A DNA stretch of 64,000 nt from Tubulanus polymorphus (Eukaryota; Animalia; Nemertea): contig NC_134033.1 in NCBI RefSeq assembly GCF_964204645.1, positions 6,100,231 through 6,164,230 on the forward strand, written 5' to 3'. The notes beneath the pieces are model-generated. The model was given only the letters and a program-made list of their open reading frames with translations. It did no database searches and was not told the origin of the DNA. Within the stretch, counting starts at the first letter, position 1; every line of letters begins with the position of its first letter. The translations under genes and the position numbers were made by a program. Positions 36,225 through 58,266 of this stretch are shown here, one piece after another.

Positions 36225-36685
36225 GAGCTATACAAAGGCTACAGCCCGGTGTTTATAATTTTCGCCCAGTGCATGGGCTCCTTGGGGACTAATTGACCCA
36301 CAAACACCCAAAATATCGAAATACCTCTGAAACTTTCAGAAAAAAAAGAATTATTCGAGAGCTACAGTCCAGTATACAGTTGTTGCCCGGTGCAAGGGAT
36401 CCTTGGGGGTCTAATTGACGCCCAAAGACCCCAAAATATCAAAAATAATGTTTAGACATTAATAAGTAAAATACAAAACGGTCAAAGTCTCTGAAACTTT
36501 CAGAGAAGATAGAACTATTCGAGAGCTACAGCCCGGTATATAGTTGTTGCCCGGTGCAAGGGCTCTTTGGGGGTCTAATTGACGCCCAATGACCCCAATA
36601 TATCAAAAATAATGTTTAGAAATTAATAAGTAAAATACAAAACGGTCAAAGTCTCTGAAACTTTCAGAGAAGATAGAACTATTCT
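36225..36685. repeat. Tandem ~165-bp repeat
   Basis: gagctacagcccggtatatagttgttgcccggtgcaaggg...ctctgaaactttcaga units; another fragment at 37535. Confidence 0.8.
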
Positions 36686-37769
36686 AGTCAGTAACCTGTC
36701 TGTGGTTTAGTTTCACGATCGGATATTTTCACAAACCACAGTCAGGAATGGGAAGGTCATTTTTGTATGAAATCTTCGTCAGCCAATTTGACTGACGAGT
36801 AATTTGCCTGGCATTTCATTGTCTCTTAAGATATCCGTCAAATTTTTGTTGTAATCGACACACAACAGATTCGTAGTTTGTCTGATACCTATAACACCTC
36901 ACCTGACGATCTTAATCCATGTGCAAATCGGCCGTAAAGTGAGAGTAAATTTCCGTAGAGTCAACAGCTGCCATTTTGAAAATTACTGGAGGTGCTGGCA
37001 CCTGTGGACTGAGGCCAGGACAACAGCACAAACTAACGAAGCGAAACGACGAAATTGAAAAATATTAAGAAATCAACACTTATTCACATTTTTCTTTTAC
37101 CAGAATTTATTATTTCATTATTTATAATGGAAAACACGAAGATTTGAAATATAGGTTGGAAAACCATCAAAAATAAAAATTGTCGTTTCGTCTTGAAAGT
37201 TTTATCTAAATCCTTGTAGGTCCCCTTGTCTTATCATGCCACATGTGCAATACAGTGAAATGGCGGCCAATGGCGAAATTTGTAAGGAAATTAATTAATT
37301 TCTCAAAATAATGTTGATTAATCACTCGAAACATACATAGAATTGGATTATTTCGAAAGGTACCTGTGTTAGTTTGTGAATTAAGCCATTAATTGTGGAC
37401 TGAAGTGGATAGAAAGTATATTTTTGAAGTGTTACTTTTTTCAACCGTGTTTTGGTCCTTGTCAATGTCATCCCTAACGTTGGTAAGCCCATCCGATTAT
37501 AAAAAGCTTACCACCAACGATTAGGTAACTAACTAGAACTATTCGAGAGCTACAGTCCGGTATATAGTTGTTGCCCGGTGCAACTGTATTCCAAGCCCAT
37601 CGGCGAGTGCCTGTGGTGATATATTGCAGAATAACCACTCAACTCAAAACACAAATACACTATCAAAAACCCCAGCAACTGTATCCCAACCGAACCAAGC
37701 CCATCAATCAGCGAGTGCCTGTGATAATTTCGGAAATAAATTTTATGCGAACACGTTGATTACGTTACC

Positions 37770-38474
37770 CTTTTTAAAGTAGAGCTGTAAACGTATCGGC
37801 TGAAATCACACACGCGTCAAATCTGACTAATTCTGTGAATTTTGACAGAAACCGTTTCTTACTTCCGGGTTGCGGACTGGGGCACGGACACAGTTTGTCT
37901 TTGAACGCATCAATTTCTTTAATCTGCCGATGAATGAACTTCCTTTTCCTTTAATAACTAAGACAATATTTATGAGCACGTTCTTGGACCAAAGTGATTG
38001 CAAAAATACTTATCGGTAAGATTCAAGAATAGGGGACTAGTGGTTAGGATTAGGGTTAGGGTTAGGTTTAGTTCCCTAATCATCATTAATTACTCAGTAT
38101 ATACATCATTATATATCATCGTTATCAATTACTAATATTATTACTTAATTGATTACTATCACTACATATATATTGCTATAGTCCCCTATTCTTGAATCGC
38201 ACCGTCCAAAAGTAATAAGTACGAAAGATAAGTTAAAATGTCCTAAATCTGCATTTATACAACAATGACAAACTTCAGTTAAAACATTCTGTTTTCGACC
38301 GTTTCTGTCGATATTTAATAGAGCCGCCATTCAGTTTTACGGCATCGGAGATCGGCTCGGACGATGCCACCGTGGATCTCCCCGATAACGATCAAAATTA
38401 TCTCCTGGAAGTGAAAACAATCGAATATCTCGTCGAAGACTGCGGATCTAAGATTATAGCGGCAATCGGCGAAA
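37770..38474. promoter_or_regulatory. Probable bidirectional promoter and 5' UTRs shared by PDCD10 (-) and GPR180 (+)
   Basis: CpG-richer stretch between divergent genes; ETS-type ACTTCCGG at 37861; YY1-like GCCGCCATT at about 38322; candidate minus-strand donor (gg|gtaacg) near 37768 for a non-coding PDCD10 exon. Confidence 0.55.
38014..38204. mobile_element. Small MITE with internal TTAGGG repeats
   Basis: cggt..gattcaagaataggggacta / tagtcccctattcttgaatc..accg; ttagggttagggttagg inside. Confidence 0.75.
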
Positions 38475-47652
<9,178 letters not shown>

Positions 47653-48138
47653 TCAAGAGCGCGTGGGTGGAATGAAGAAGAAAGATATGGCTTCCGAAAA
47701 GGCAGACGTGGTCGTCGGTGGAGTGACATTCCAAGGCTTGGGCGATGTGGCACGTGGGTTTCACTCGAGCGTGTAGGTTCTGTTGAAATTTTCATCCAGT
47801 TATCCTTTAAAAAAATCGCCTGATTGATTTTTGTGAACTGTCAATCAAAAACAGTTTAGCCAGATTAACCCTAGTCTGTGAGTCTGTCACATCAAAGAAT
47901 GTGGTCAAAGTTAGTTTTTTATAGACAAACGACTTGTCTAATTCAGTTTAAGAATGAAATCCAAAACCAAAGAAAAACTGTAAGAGGATTTTAACATTTC
48001 AATACAATTGCCTTAACTCCATTGAGCTACATTCAAAAACTTTTGAAAAAGAGTACTTTTCAAAAATGGCTTTTGAATTGAAATGTCAAAATCCTGTTTC
48101 CGTTTTTGTTTGAATGCAGTGTATATTCTTTGAATATA

Positions 48139-48746
48139 CCGTATTTTCCGGCCAATAAGCCGAGGGCAGTTTTTTAGCCTAAAATACATGGATTTCATAA
48201 AGCTTCGCCCAATAAGCCGAGGCCCTTCATCAGAGATTTTAATTCACTGATTTGTCAATTAGTTCGTCTTAATTGGCGATTTAAGAGGCTGACAGTAGCG
48301 CCCGCCGATGTGTGAGAGTGCTGTGTATACTATCATCGCCGAGTGACTGTGCTATATATAGACTCACTCAGCTGATTACTATACACACAGCCATACACGC
48401 AGTACGCGGCTCACTGCTGATTTGCATATATACTAATGTATGAACTGACACGTGGTAGTACGATGAACTCGCGCGTTATATAAATGTATACCATTGCCGC
48501 TGTGCGGTGATGGAACAATCAAAGTAAAAATAAAATAGTTCAAAATAGATTATAATTGGTAGTAAATAATGACCTCAAATAAATATCGACCACTTTTCTT
48601 GATTTTGACGATCATTGAGAGCATTAGAGTGGCATAGATCAGGAAGTGATTTTTTATGTCAGATCGTATCCGCCCAATAAGTCGATCACGATATTTTGGG
48701 TAAAAATCTGAGGCTAGAAAATCGGCTTATTGGCCGGAAAATACGG
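48139..48746. mobile_element. Tc1/mariner-pogo type MITE
   Basis: TA|CCGTATTTTCCGGCCAATAAGCCGA ... perfect 25-bp inverted copy|TA. Confidence 0.9.
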
Positions 48747-50639
48747 TAGGAAATATTTCGATCAATTGTATCATGTTTGATAGTGATGTAATAAAGCTGG
48801 CTGAATGATGTGGAATAGCGGGTACCGGTATAAAGTTTATCTAGTACGTAGATGTACCATGACAAAATGAATGCAGCTGCAACCAGGACTGGAACAAATC
48901 CCTTCAGATAATCACCATTATGGTGTGAAGTGTGGATATACAGTTAAAATTACTTATGTCTTGTGTTTGAAGTTCATTTTCAATTGAAGCATGGATGATT
49001 AATAATTATAAGAATGGCTTCAAAGCATCACATGTCTTAAGTGGGATGCAGGTTAGGCCTACGGGCTGTAGATCATTACCTGGATAAGTCACAGGCTACT
49101 TTGGTTTTCATGAGTAATTTTATGCAGCAGAATATTAGATTAGGGTTAAAGCAGTTTCCAGAAATCTATTATTGTCAGAATGTCATTTTATCGTCGAATA
49201 CCCTATAGTAGAAATAAGTGTTTTTAATCAAAGTGCCCTTAACTACATATGCTATATTCAGTACTGTAATCCTACCTTGCTACAAGTAGAATCATTGATT
49301 TCCAAGGTAGTGAGGGATAATAGGTTGTTCGTGAACCATTATTATTTTCATGAATTTCGTGTGATCTAGTGAAATCAAGGAAAGACTTTGCCGGAAAACA
49401 TGAATTTGACAAAAATTGGGGTGATTTTGTGAATCTCTAGATAAATTGCTTCTGTGAATAGTGATTTTCGAGGTTCATTTAGTCAGAATTGAATGGTTTA
49501 TTTGCACGGTAAGTGAGGCGACGTAGTAGGCATTCATTTGCCTGTCTGCGATCATTTTGAGTGCCACAGTTTGGTTGTTACAACAACTACATTGTTTCGT
49601 AAAAAACAACTAACAATTTTCATGAAATAATGCTTGAATTGTGGATAATCATAAGTATGACTGCAAAATGTGATTTCATTTTCTTGCATGAAAATGTGAA
49701 TTCACGCACCTATTGTCTCGCCTGAGGTATCCTTTTGCAAAGTAGTCGATGATCTATTGCGCACTAGCCTAATTAGCCACAGTGGCATTGAAGGTTCCCG
49801 CAAACTGACAATTTTTTAATGATGGTACACTGAATCTCTCGTGCTGTGAAAACCAGGGTCTTATACTTTAGAAGATATAGTGCAATGTATTTTTATGTGC
49901 TTCCAGATTTTATCGCAATCATGAAATGTTTTATGTATGAACTACATGTGAGAGAAAAACAGATGGTTGAGTTTTTGCGAACAGGTGTTTATGAGCTTGC
50001 CTTTAAAATGTTTTGTAATCACCCTCCAATATCACCTATTGTGGTAGAGTCTAGTCACTGTCACCGCAAGAGCGAGGTTCTCCCGTCTAATCTAGCCTTC
50101 CAACTAGTATGACAGGGATGGGAATTTGTAATGCAGTCATAGCCAAGTCTAAATACAGTCAACCTTGCTAAGTTATTATCAGGGGGTTCGAATTAACTCC
50201 CCATAATTTAGTTCCACTCACTTATAATTCAAAAGGAAATATCAAGCATGAAAGTTACACTTACAACTATTACAACATAATACATGTATATTGTGGTAAA
50301 CGTATTATTCGTATTAGATGTATTCCACGATATATGTAACAAAAAACAACTAGGCCTATAGACTCTAGAACATATAAGTTTATATCTTAATTAAATTTTA
50401 ATATTATCATTATAGTTGAATGCCTGATAATTTGCTATTTCAAAGTTGGGACCTCATTGCAACAAACTTCAGGGGACTGGAAAATCTGTTTGTAACAACT
50501 GATAGTTAGTTATATCAAGTGTGAAATCATTGAAATTAACTGACTTGGTACTTAGTTCTTGGTTTGTATTTACCGATCAAACAAGGTTGTTATAACTAGG
50601 TTGCCCTGCAATCTGTAGTTTCTATTGTAAACAATTTTG

Positions 50640-53600
50640 CAATTGGACTAACAAATGTTCTCTAAACCCACTTGTAGCTAAACTACAAAAACCTGGCCAT
50701 CCTTTCCTGGGAAAGTCCCTAAAGGCTATGTATTCCTTTCTAAAAATATTACTTTTTACAACATGCCCAATTTGAAAGTCTCTTAGTATCTATCATGAAT
50801 CCAACTGCAGTAACCGTTGCTATCCATCGTTGCCAAAAGTTGCTCATGAGTTAGATACACTCTTATCTCCTTCTTGGAATGAGATCCACTTCACCTACAT
50901 GATCCGGTGCAAACTGACCCCCCATCTGACCAAACAAAAAGTGATTTGGTGTCAATTGAAAATTATCATCTGGGTAAGCGAACTGGTATGTTAGTGGTCT
51001 GGAGAAGATAAGTGCTTCAGCTCAAGTGAGTCTCATCAATAATGCTACTTCGTATACATCTGCATTTCCCAGTATGTAATATCACATGTTATGCTTACTT
51101 GATGGACTCTTTCAAAATATGGTGCAAGTGTATGATTGAAGAACCATTTAGCAACTTGATCCACCATACTGTCTTTTCATTATGTAAGCTTCACCAATTC
51201 TTGAAGTTTGTTTTAATTGACTCTAATGCAATTTGTACTCGTCTGAATTCATCTCTAACCATTGGGTAGAATGTATCCTTGTCCTAACCAAATGCAATTT
51301 CTAAGTGAACTGCTCTGTTTGATAAACATGTGAAAAGACACAAGTTTACACAGTGATTCCTTGGTAAAATGATTGAATTGGTTACATCTTGTGGTAAGAA
51401 TTCTGCATATCTTAACCTTTGGTCTCACCTTATCAAACCTTCAGCAGGTTCTTCTACACGGTTTCAGGATTAATTATTTGTAATTGTTAGAACAATGAAT
51501 TCTTTTTATGATTGGATAGCCCTAATCGCTAACAAGAAGAAACAGAACGTATACAGCCCGCACAGTGCCGTGAAAGTGCACTTCCACACCTCATTTATCC
51601 ATATTATATAGAAGTACGAGTAAATGATTATAAGCTTACCTTTATATGATCTTAATTTTGAATAGCTGAGCTGTTCTGCTTTTCCGACTGTATTTTTTGT
51701 TGGCAAATTTAAAGAGGTTTGTATTGCACCTTTTTTGAACATGAATCGTGCTGGGGTAGAATGCATCCTTGTCGTAAGCAAATGAAATTTCTAAGTGAAC
51801 TGCTCATTTTTGATATACATGTGAAAAGACACCAGTTTACTCAGTGATACATGTACTTGGTAAAATGATTGGAATGGCCGCATTGTAAGGTAAGAATTCT
51901 GCATGTCTTAACCTGTAGAGTGAGCTGTTCCACTTTACCAATTGTATGGTTTTTGTTGGCATATGAAAAAATGGTAGATATTGAACCTTTTTTGGTGAAG
52001 AATCTTGCTAGGAAATAGCCAATTGACAAGGCAACTGATGATGGTATAACAAAATAATCTTCTGTGAAGTGTGTACCACATAATGTAGGGTGAACTGTCG
52101 GTCAAAAATCCTTTCTTCCGCACGCATTTATCCATTGCTAGCATATTTTTTTATTTGACTTAATGGGAACTTATGGAAACTGTGTTCTACTCCTGACTTT
52201 TAAAGGTGACATTTGGGAACAAATAGATGACTGGCCCTTGAAGTTGCTGTTAAATTGGGGGATTTTAATATTGTTATGGTGAACAATCGGGAACAATCTG
52301 AATAAGCTTGTCGGAACCATCGGGCCAGCTTATAAATTCTTTTGGCCCTTCAGCCAATATCGAAATAGTGAAGTTTTAACCACCAATTTGAAACCAAGAA
52401 TGAATCCATTTCTTGAAAAATCGGCACTATAATCAATTTTCTAATGTAAGTAAACCGCTGATGATATAAAATCGCAGATGTAATTAGAGGTCATAGGATC
52501 GATTAACATTGTGAATTGCGTCTCTCTGGAAAGAAGTTCTTTCTTCATTTCTTAAGCAATGTGACTTGTCACAACTTAGCTGGCAAGCCACCAGTCTTCA
52601 TTCTTTACGATAAATCTCCGGTCACTCCACCATGTACAATTCTTACCCCTCAATGCTAAATCAGCAGCATTAGCTTTTGTAGGTACATGTCTCTGAACAT
52701 ATCAAAATTCTGCGGTGACCGTTTAAAGACATCTAAGGCATAATCTTTTTTCCATCGCATCTTCTTGAAATCATCTCAGTGCCGTGTTGAAAGATTTGTC
52801 CCACAGACGCAGCATCCTTTTCTTGGCCACTGTTACCAGCAAAAACATTGTTCGCCATATCCTATTGACATATAAGTTACACTGATATTTGCTAGTTATA
52901 CCTTCGACAGTTTTGTGTGTGATGGTCTGAAAGTCAGCCGCTTGGTTGATCCACTTTCGCCTTTCATCAGACTTTGTTACTCCTATGCCATGAGGAACGG
53001 CAACAAAAAGACACGTTTTCCCACTATGAGCTACAGTTTTATTCTACGATACAAAATACATATCCAGTACAAACATATGCAGTTCAGGTGTGGACCTTAA
53101 CAACAGCAATTCTTGAATACCTAAGAATGGTACCTCAATACCATTTGTTCACGTAATTTCTATTGTAGGCTGTGGTACAGAGAAAGCTAAGATTCTTTGT
53201 CAGCTGATTTTATTTAGGTTGACGAGAGAAGTATTATCTAGTAAGTCAGAACTTCTCTAGGTAGCGAATGTTAATTTATATATGTATATATATTGCCAAG
53301 TTTTTCTTCCAAACTTTCGTTCCAGTCGTTCTTCCACTGTCTGGTAAGCTGCAGTGGAATGCTTCTCAAACCTTCTTATGCCATTGCATCTGCGGACAAG
53401 TGTTGTCAGGTGCGCTGTCAATGGTTGCCATGCAGCCTTCCAATTTGCATACATTTTTCTGTTGCCATTGAATACAGTGATGGAAACTCGCCTTATTGGG
53501 ACGGATAGACTCCCGCTCACCGCGGAATGCTGGCTTAAAACTTCATCGTTGTCTCCTTCCATAACCTCTTCTTGGCCCAAGGCTACCATCCTCGGCAGAT

Positions 53601-53920
53601 CATTTTCTTTCTGACGGAGATAGCGTGTGACAAATCTATAATTTCATCTGCATGAATTGATCAACTTCCTTCGAAATCTTTGTGACGTCTGCTGGTGTTT
53701 TTCACTTAGTTCTACCATGACCACCATTACATTTTCGCTGTTCTCGTCGTATTTGTGTAAGAAATCCCATACCCTGGTTCGCCCTCATGTTTTTATGGAA
53801 AGCCTCTTTCATGTTATGCAGGTTTCGTTCAATGTTCTATTGCTTCCACATACTTCTTCGATACCTTTTCCATCGGCAAATTGTCCCAGTATTCATGTTA
53901 TCGTGCTTCCAGTTCCTTAA
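50640..53920 (-). mobile_element. Highly degenerate BEL/Pao LTR retrotransposon internal region
   Basis: Gag-like FNGNRKMYANWKAAW and LERKFG (53257-53589); RNase H-region FLTDSS and WLKGP-like remnants downstream; many stops; no LTRs recognised. Confidence 0.6.
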
Positions 53921-53954
53921 CCGTGATATCTTTATCAACCGATTACAAATCTCA

Positions 53955-54050
53955 TTCAAGGTGCACAATTGCATGCAGACTGGGACATGGCCTATGCCGT
54001 GGCAGTCCCGTGCCATCAGGTTCGAATCCCTGTCGGGAGAGGATGCCGTT
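53955..54050 (+). mobile_element. tRNA-derived SINE-like element
   Basis: ccatcaggttcgaatccctgtcgggagaggatg. Confidence 0.55.
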
Positions 54051-54247
54051 CCTTATACGTATATAGTCCCGAGAAATATTGATTTGATTTGTTTGATACG
54101 TACATAAATGTAAAATATAATGCAGGTCTGATAGCCCATGAATAATTTGCACATTTTCTTTCATATTGCAATGAACTGGTCCTAAAAGAAGAATCCAAAC
54201 TTGTTTTCAGGGGTTAAAACACGAACTTTACATCAAATATTAAGATA

Positions 54248-54784
54248 AAGGCTGGTTTCCACGAGCGGTTTCCAGCTAGCTTTTTCCTGGGGCTTTTTCC
54301 AGCTACGTGAAAACGACTTCAGCGGCACGCATTTTCACGTAGCTGTTTCCAGCCAGCTTTTTCCTGCAGCTTTTTCCAGCTACGTGAAAACGCCCCGAGC
54401 AACAACACGAATGTGCATGTTCGCCCGGACAACCGAATTTCAATACCAGCGGCATGCGTTTTTACGAGCGGTTTGCAGACACTGAACAAAAAAAGCTATT
54501 GCATGCAATAGCTGGAAATTACTGCTGGTAGCTGGAAACGGCTGCCGCATTTTGACCGTTTTCACAAGCGTTTTTGGTGGCAGAGCTGGAAATCGCTGCA
54601 GCATGCATTTTTACGAGCAGTTTCCAGCCAGCAATTTCCAGCTGAGAAATTTTGTTGTAGCTTTTTCCAGTTGCCGCGTTTTCCAGCTCGAGGCCAATTT
54701 TTCGGTGTTTAAGGCTGGTTTTCACGAGCGGTTACCAGCTAGCTTTTTCCAGCTGCCGCAGGAAACCGCTCGTGAAAACACTGA
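54248..54784. mobile_element. MITE with repeated CCAGCT/CACGAGCGG motifs
   Basis: tttccacgagcggtttcc ... ggaaaccgctcgtgaaaa inverted ends; internal duplicated terminus at 54710. Confidence 0.7.
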
Positions 54785-55187
54785 ATAATTGGCCCCGAGC
54801 GGAAAAATATCGCGCCTGTAACATTCTATTTACAATAGCCGCAAGAGATCATCTTTCAACAATCATTGAATAATATGGAGTAGTTTTGCACAATACATAT
54901 GTATTATCAACAACAAACATTGCAACAAATTATGCATCACATTTGCATTCGTATTTTACTAAATTGACCAACACTACGGACGAAGAACTGCGACTGAGAT
55001 TAAATCGCCGGGGAATTTGGATGGAAAATTAAGACCATTGAACATCATACGAATCACAGGGGCGGATTTAGACCGTGTCGCCTGACACAGTCGAAATTCC
55101 TTAGTGCCTGTTTACTTTTTCTCTCTGTATCATAATTTGCCATTGTTACCACCCGAGATACACAGTAGATATTTATACATACATATA

Positions 55188-58100
55188 GTAGGGTGGGGGA
55201 AAGTGGGACAGCTAACTAGATATTCAAATATGGTGGCAACACCGCATGAGATATTATGGCGAGTTTTGCTGAGGACGATGCTATATCATATTCTTAAACT
55301 TTGAAATGCAACAAGGTCACACATCTAGTATACCCTAGCAACCAGGTCCCCCTGGAGTAGAGTACCCAGATTGTCCCACTTTACCCCACTTGGGGGGAAA
55401 GTGGGACAGGTCTATAAATTCAAAAACAACTATAAAATGTTGGTTAAACTGCTTTTATTTTGACAGAAAACAATAATTGACTTGATAAAATCATACCAAT
55501 CTTTATTTTTAAGAGGTGTCCCACATTACCCCATCTTGTCCCACATTACCCCAAGACTAATAATTTTATGATTTTAGGTTTGTAAAGAGAATTCCATATT
55601 ACATAATCATAATAGTGCCTTTTAATTGTAAGATTACACATTTATAACTACCCAGCACACTCTTCACAGATGAAATCATACATAGATTTACCAAAAACCC
55701 CTGCACACATTTCAAGGAACCAAATATCGCAGCTGGGACACTTGATCCACCCCTCTGTGTCGTCGGAGTCATCATCAAAGTAATTTCCTTGACAAGTACC
55801 ACATATATTTTCTGGTTATCTCTGTCAATGTCATCTGATGTAATCTGCTTTTTCTTCCCCTGAACTCCAGAACCAGAGGCTATTGCACTACCAACCGCTG
55901 CTTGTGCCGAAGACTGGCTTTTATTGCTTTTTTTGGCCAACCCACCTTTTTTGGCCATACCCTTTCCTTTCCTTTGCTGTTTATTTCCCGCTTTCTGGAG
56001 TTTCCTTTCTTTCCTTTCCTTAGCTTTATTTATTTTCTTTTCTTTCTTTTTCTGTTAATCCCTTAAATTCTGTAGATCTGCTTTATACTTGGGACTAGTT
56101 AAGAGTTTTGACCCTGCTTTGAAAGTGTTCCGAGTGGACTTTTCTTTCACAGTCCTTTTTGGTAAGGGTAGTATATCATGGAATGATGTCTCACTAGCTG
56201 ACTCTGTCAGACTTTAGCCACTGCCTCCACTGAAGCAGTTAGGTCACCAGAAACATTTGGTTCTCCAGTTTGAGCGGTCTCACCATCCTCAGTTTGAATC
56301 TCATTTTCTTCACTCACATTTTCATTAGTAGGTTTTGCCAGTGGAATTTCATTCCTGTTAACATCAACATCCATTTGGTTTACTACAACCTCTTGATCTT
56401 CCAATACCTCTGTTGGAATAGCTGTAGTTTCTGAAGGCATATATGCATATTTAGGTATTTCATCAATCTTCAAGTACAATCAGGTATAATCCTGTCTTTC
56501 GGAATGAGGTGACAGCATTTTCCATCGTTGCAAATTTAATGTATGTGTCCTGGAAGACTTGTGGAAAATTGTTTCGCGTAAACGCTTGACCAGGATTATT
56601 TCTAAGATATTTTCTCACATTGTCTCTGAAGTATTCTTTTACTGGTTTATAAAATACGCTAGGCTGGAGAACATGTGAGGTGTGGGGTGGGAAACTGACA
56701 AGTTTCGACGTTGTTGGTGCTAGCATAGTCGATTACATCCATTGACATAGTATGCGATTTGTGACCATCTATAATTAAAACAGATTTGCCATCTTTGTCT
56801 TTCTTATGTGTATTAAAATGTTCTAACCATTTCAGAAACAGGTCTTTGTTCATATATCCCGTTTCCGACATAAGAACTTATGTGTACGGCGGCAAATTTT
56901 CAACAAGATGTGGTGGAAGCCTTTTACCCTTATAAATAACAGTAGGTGGGACAAAGTCCCCAGCTGCATTGCAGCAAATCATTATTGTTATCAGTGTGCC
57001 TCTTTCACCTGAAGTTATTTGGTTAGAATCCTTCTTACCCTTCTTACCTACAATTTTTTTACCCCCGGTACAAGACTTAAACCAGACTCGTCTGTGTTAT
57101 ATACCCTACTTGGATTCCCAAAAACCTTAGCTTGAGCATAAACAGTGTCCAGAAGCTTAAAGAACTGTTCTACAAGGGGCTTATTCATATGTATTGCCCT
57201 TGCAATTGACAAACCCTGAGGTTTGCGAATAGTTACATCAGGATTTCGTTTCTTGAATCCAGTCCACCAATCATCTGTCGCTTTTTCACCACGAAACATA
57301 TTTTCGATTCCTAATCTGTTCATGAATTGATCTAGAACATCTTTTTTGGTTATAGGAAAACCGCGCTCCTCAAACTCAAATATGTACTTCACTAAATCAT
57401 TCTCTTGTTGTATTATCAATAATCCATCTCTTCCAAGTTTTTTAGATCCAGCTACTTTCTTCACATTTCCTGTTGCATGACGCTGCAATGTAGAACGCGG
57501 GACCTTGAACATGTCTGCAGCCTCCCTGTATGACATCTGCCCATCTTTACAACTGACAATGGCCATTTTCATATCATCTTCATCCCAGTTAACTTGTTCT
57601 TTCTTTCTTGTTCTTTCGTTTATGATTTCTAGGCATCTTTGCTGAAATAAAATACGAATTTTATCAGAAATATGGTAATATGGGACACCTAAAAAATATC
57701 CATCAAATAATTTATTTCTATTAATTGCCTATTTCAAAAATATACGATTCATTAACTGATTCATGTTGAAAACTTTGTTTTGCTTTATTATAAACATTGA
57801 ATGTGGATAAGAAGCATTTCCTGACAAGTTTTTTTTCAATTAAACAATGTACCCCCCATATTTGAGAATTTGGCCCTCACAGGACACCATACATATGCAA
57901 CCCATGCTGAAGAAGACCCATGCATAGATAATCAGTACTAGAGTGCTGTGGTATACAGTTGACAAATGCATAAAGCACATTTGAAATTTAAAATCATTGT
58001 AATGTACGTGTAATATTTTTCTAAAGATGTTATACTTACTATAGGTACAATTTCCAGGGTCCTAAAATGAGGCTCTGTGGTGTAAATCGACTAAAATAAT

Positions 58101-58266
58101 TTTTTTTCGTGTACAGCAAAAAGTTTTCAACTTGTAACACGCCTACGGTGTTGCACAAGTACATTCTGTGTGTTAGTTATACTAACTGCTTCAAGATGTC
58201 AGCGCTTGCTAGTCTCAAAGGGAACCTGTCCCACATTCCCCCGTGTCCCACTTTCCTCCACCCTAC
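55188..58266 (-). mobile_element. pogo/Tigger-like (Tc1-mariner superfamily) DNA transposon, decayed
   Basis: TIRs GTAGGGTGG(G/A)GGAAAGTGGGACA at both ends, flanked by TA (55186-7, 58267-8); subterminal TGTCCCAC repeats; internal transposase remnants. Confidence 0.9.
55648..57636 (-). pseudogene. Frameshifted pogo-type transposase: HTH_psq + CENP-B HTH + DDE_1 + C-terminal PHD finger
   Basis: SYREAADMFKVPRSTL (psq HTH), RGFPIT..WWTGFKKRNP (CENP-B HTH), NTDESG (D1), IIDGHKSH (D2), HVLQP with the third D deleted; several frameshifts and stops; ends ENICGTC..WIKCPSCDIWFLEMC..FICEEC*. Confidence 0.88.

Noticed and set aside
48198-48236. Hammerhead-like CTGATGA...GAAGCTT on the minus strand
   Set aside because: Lacks the full GAAA core and is made of MITE subterminal repeat sequence.
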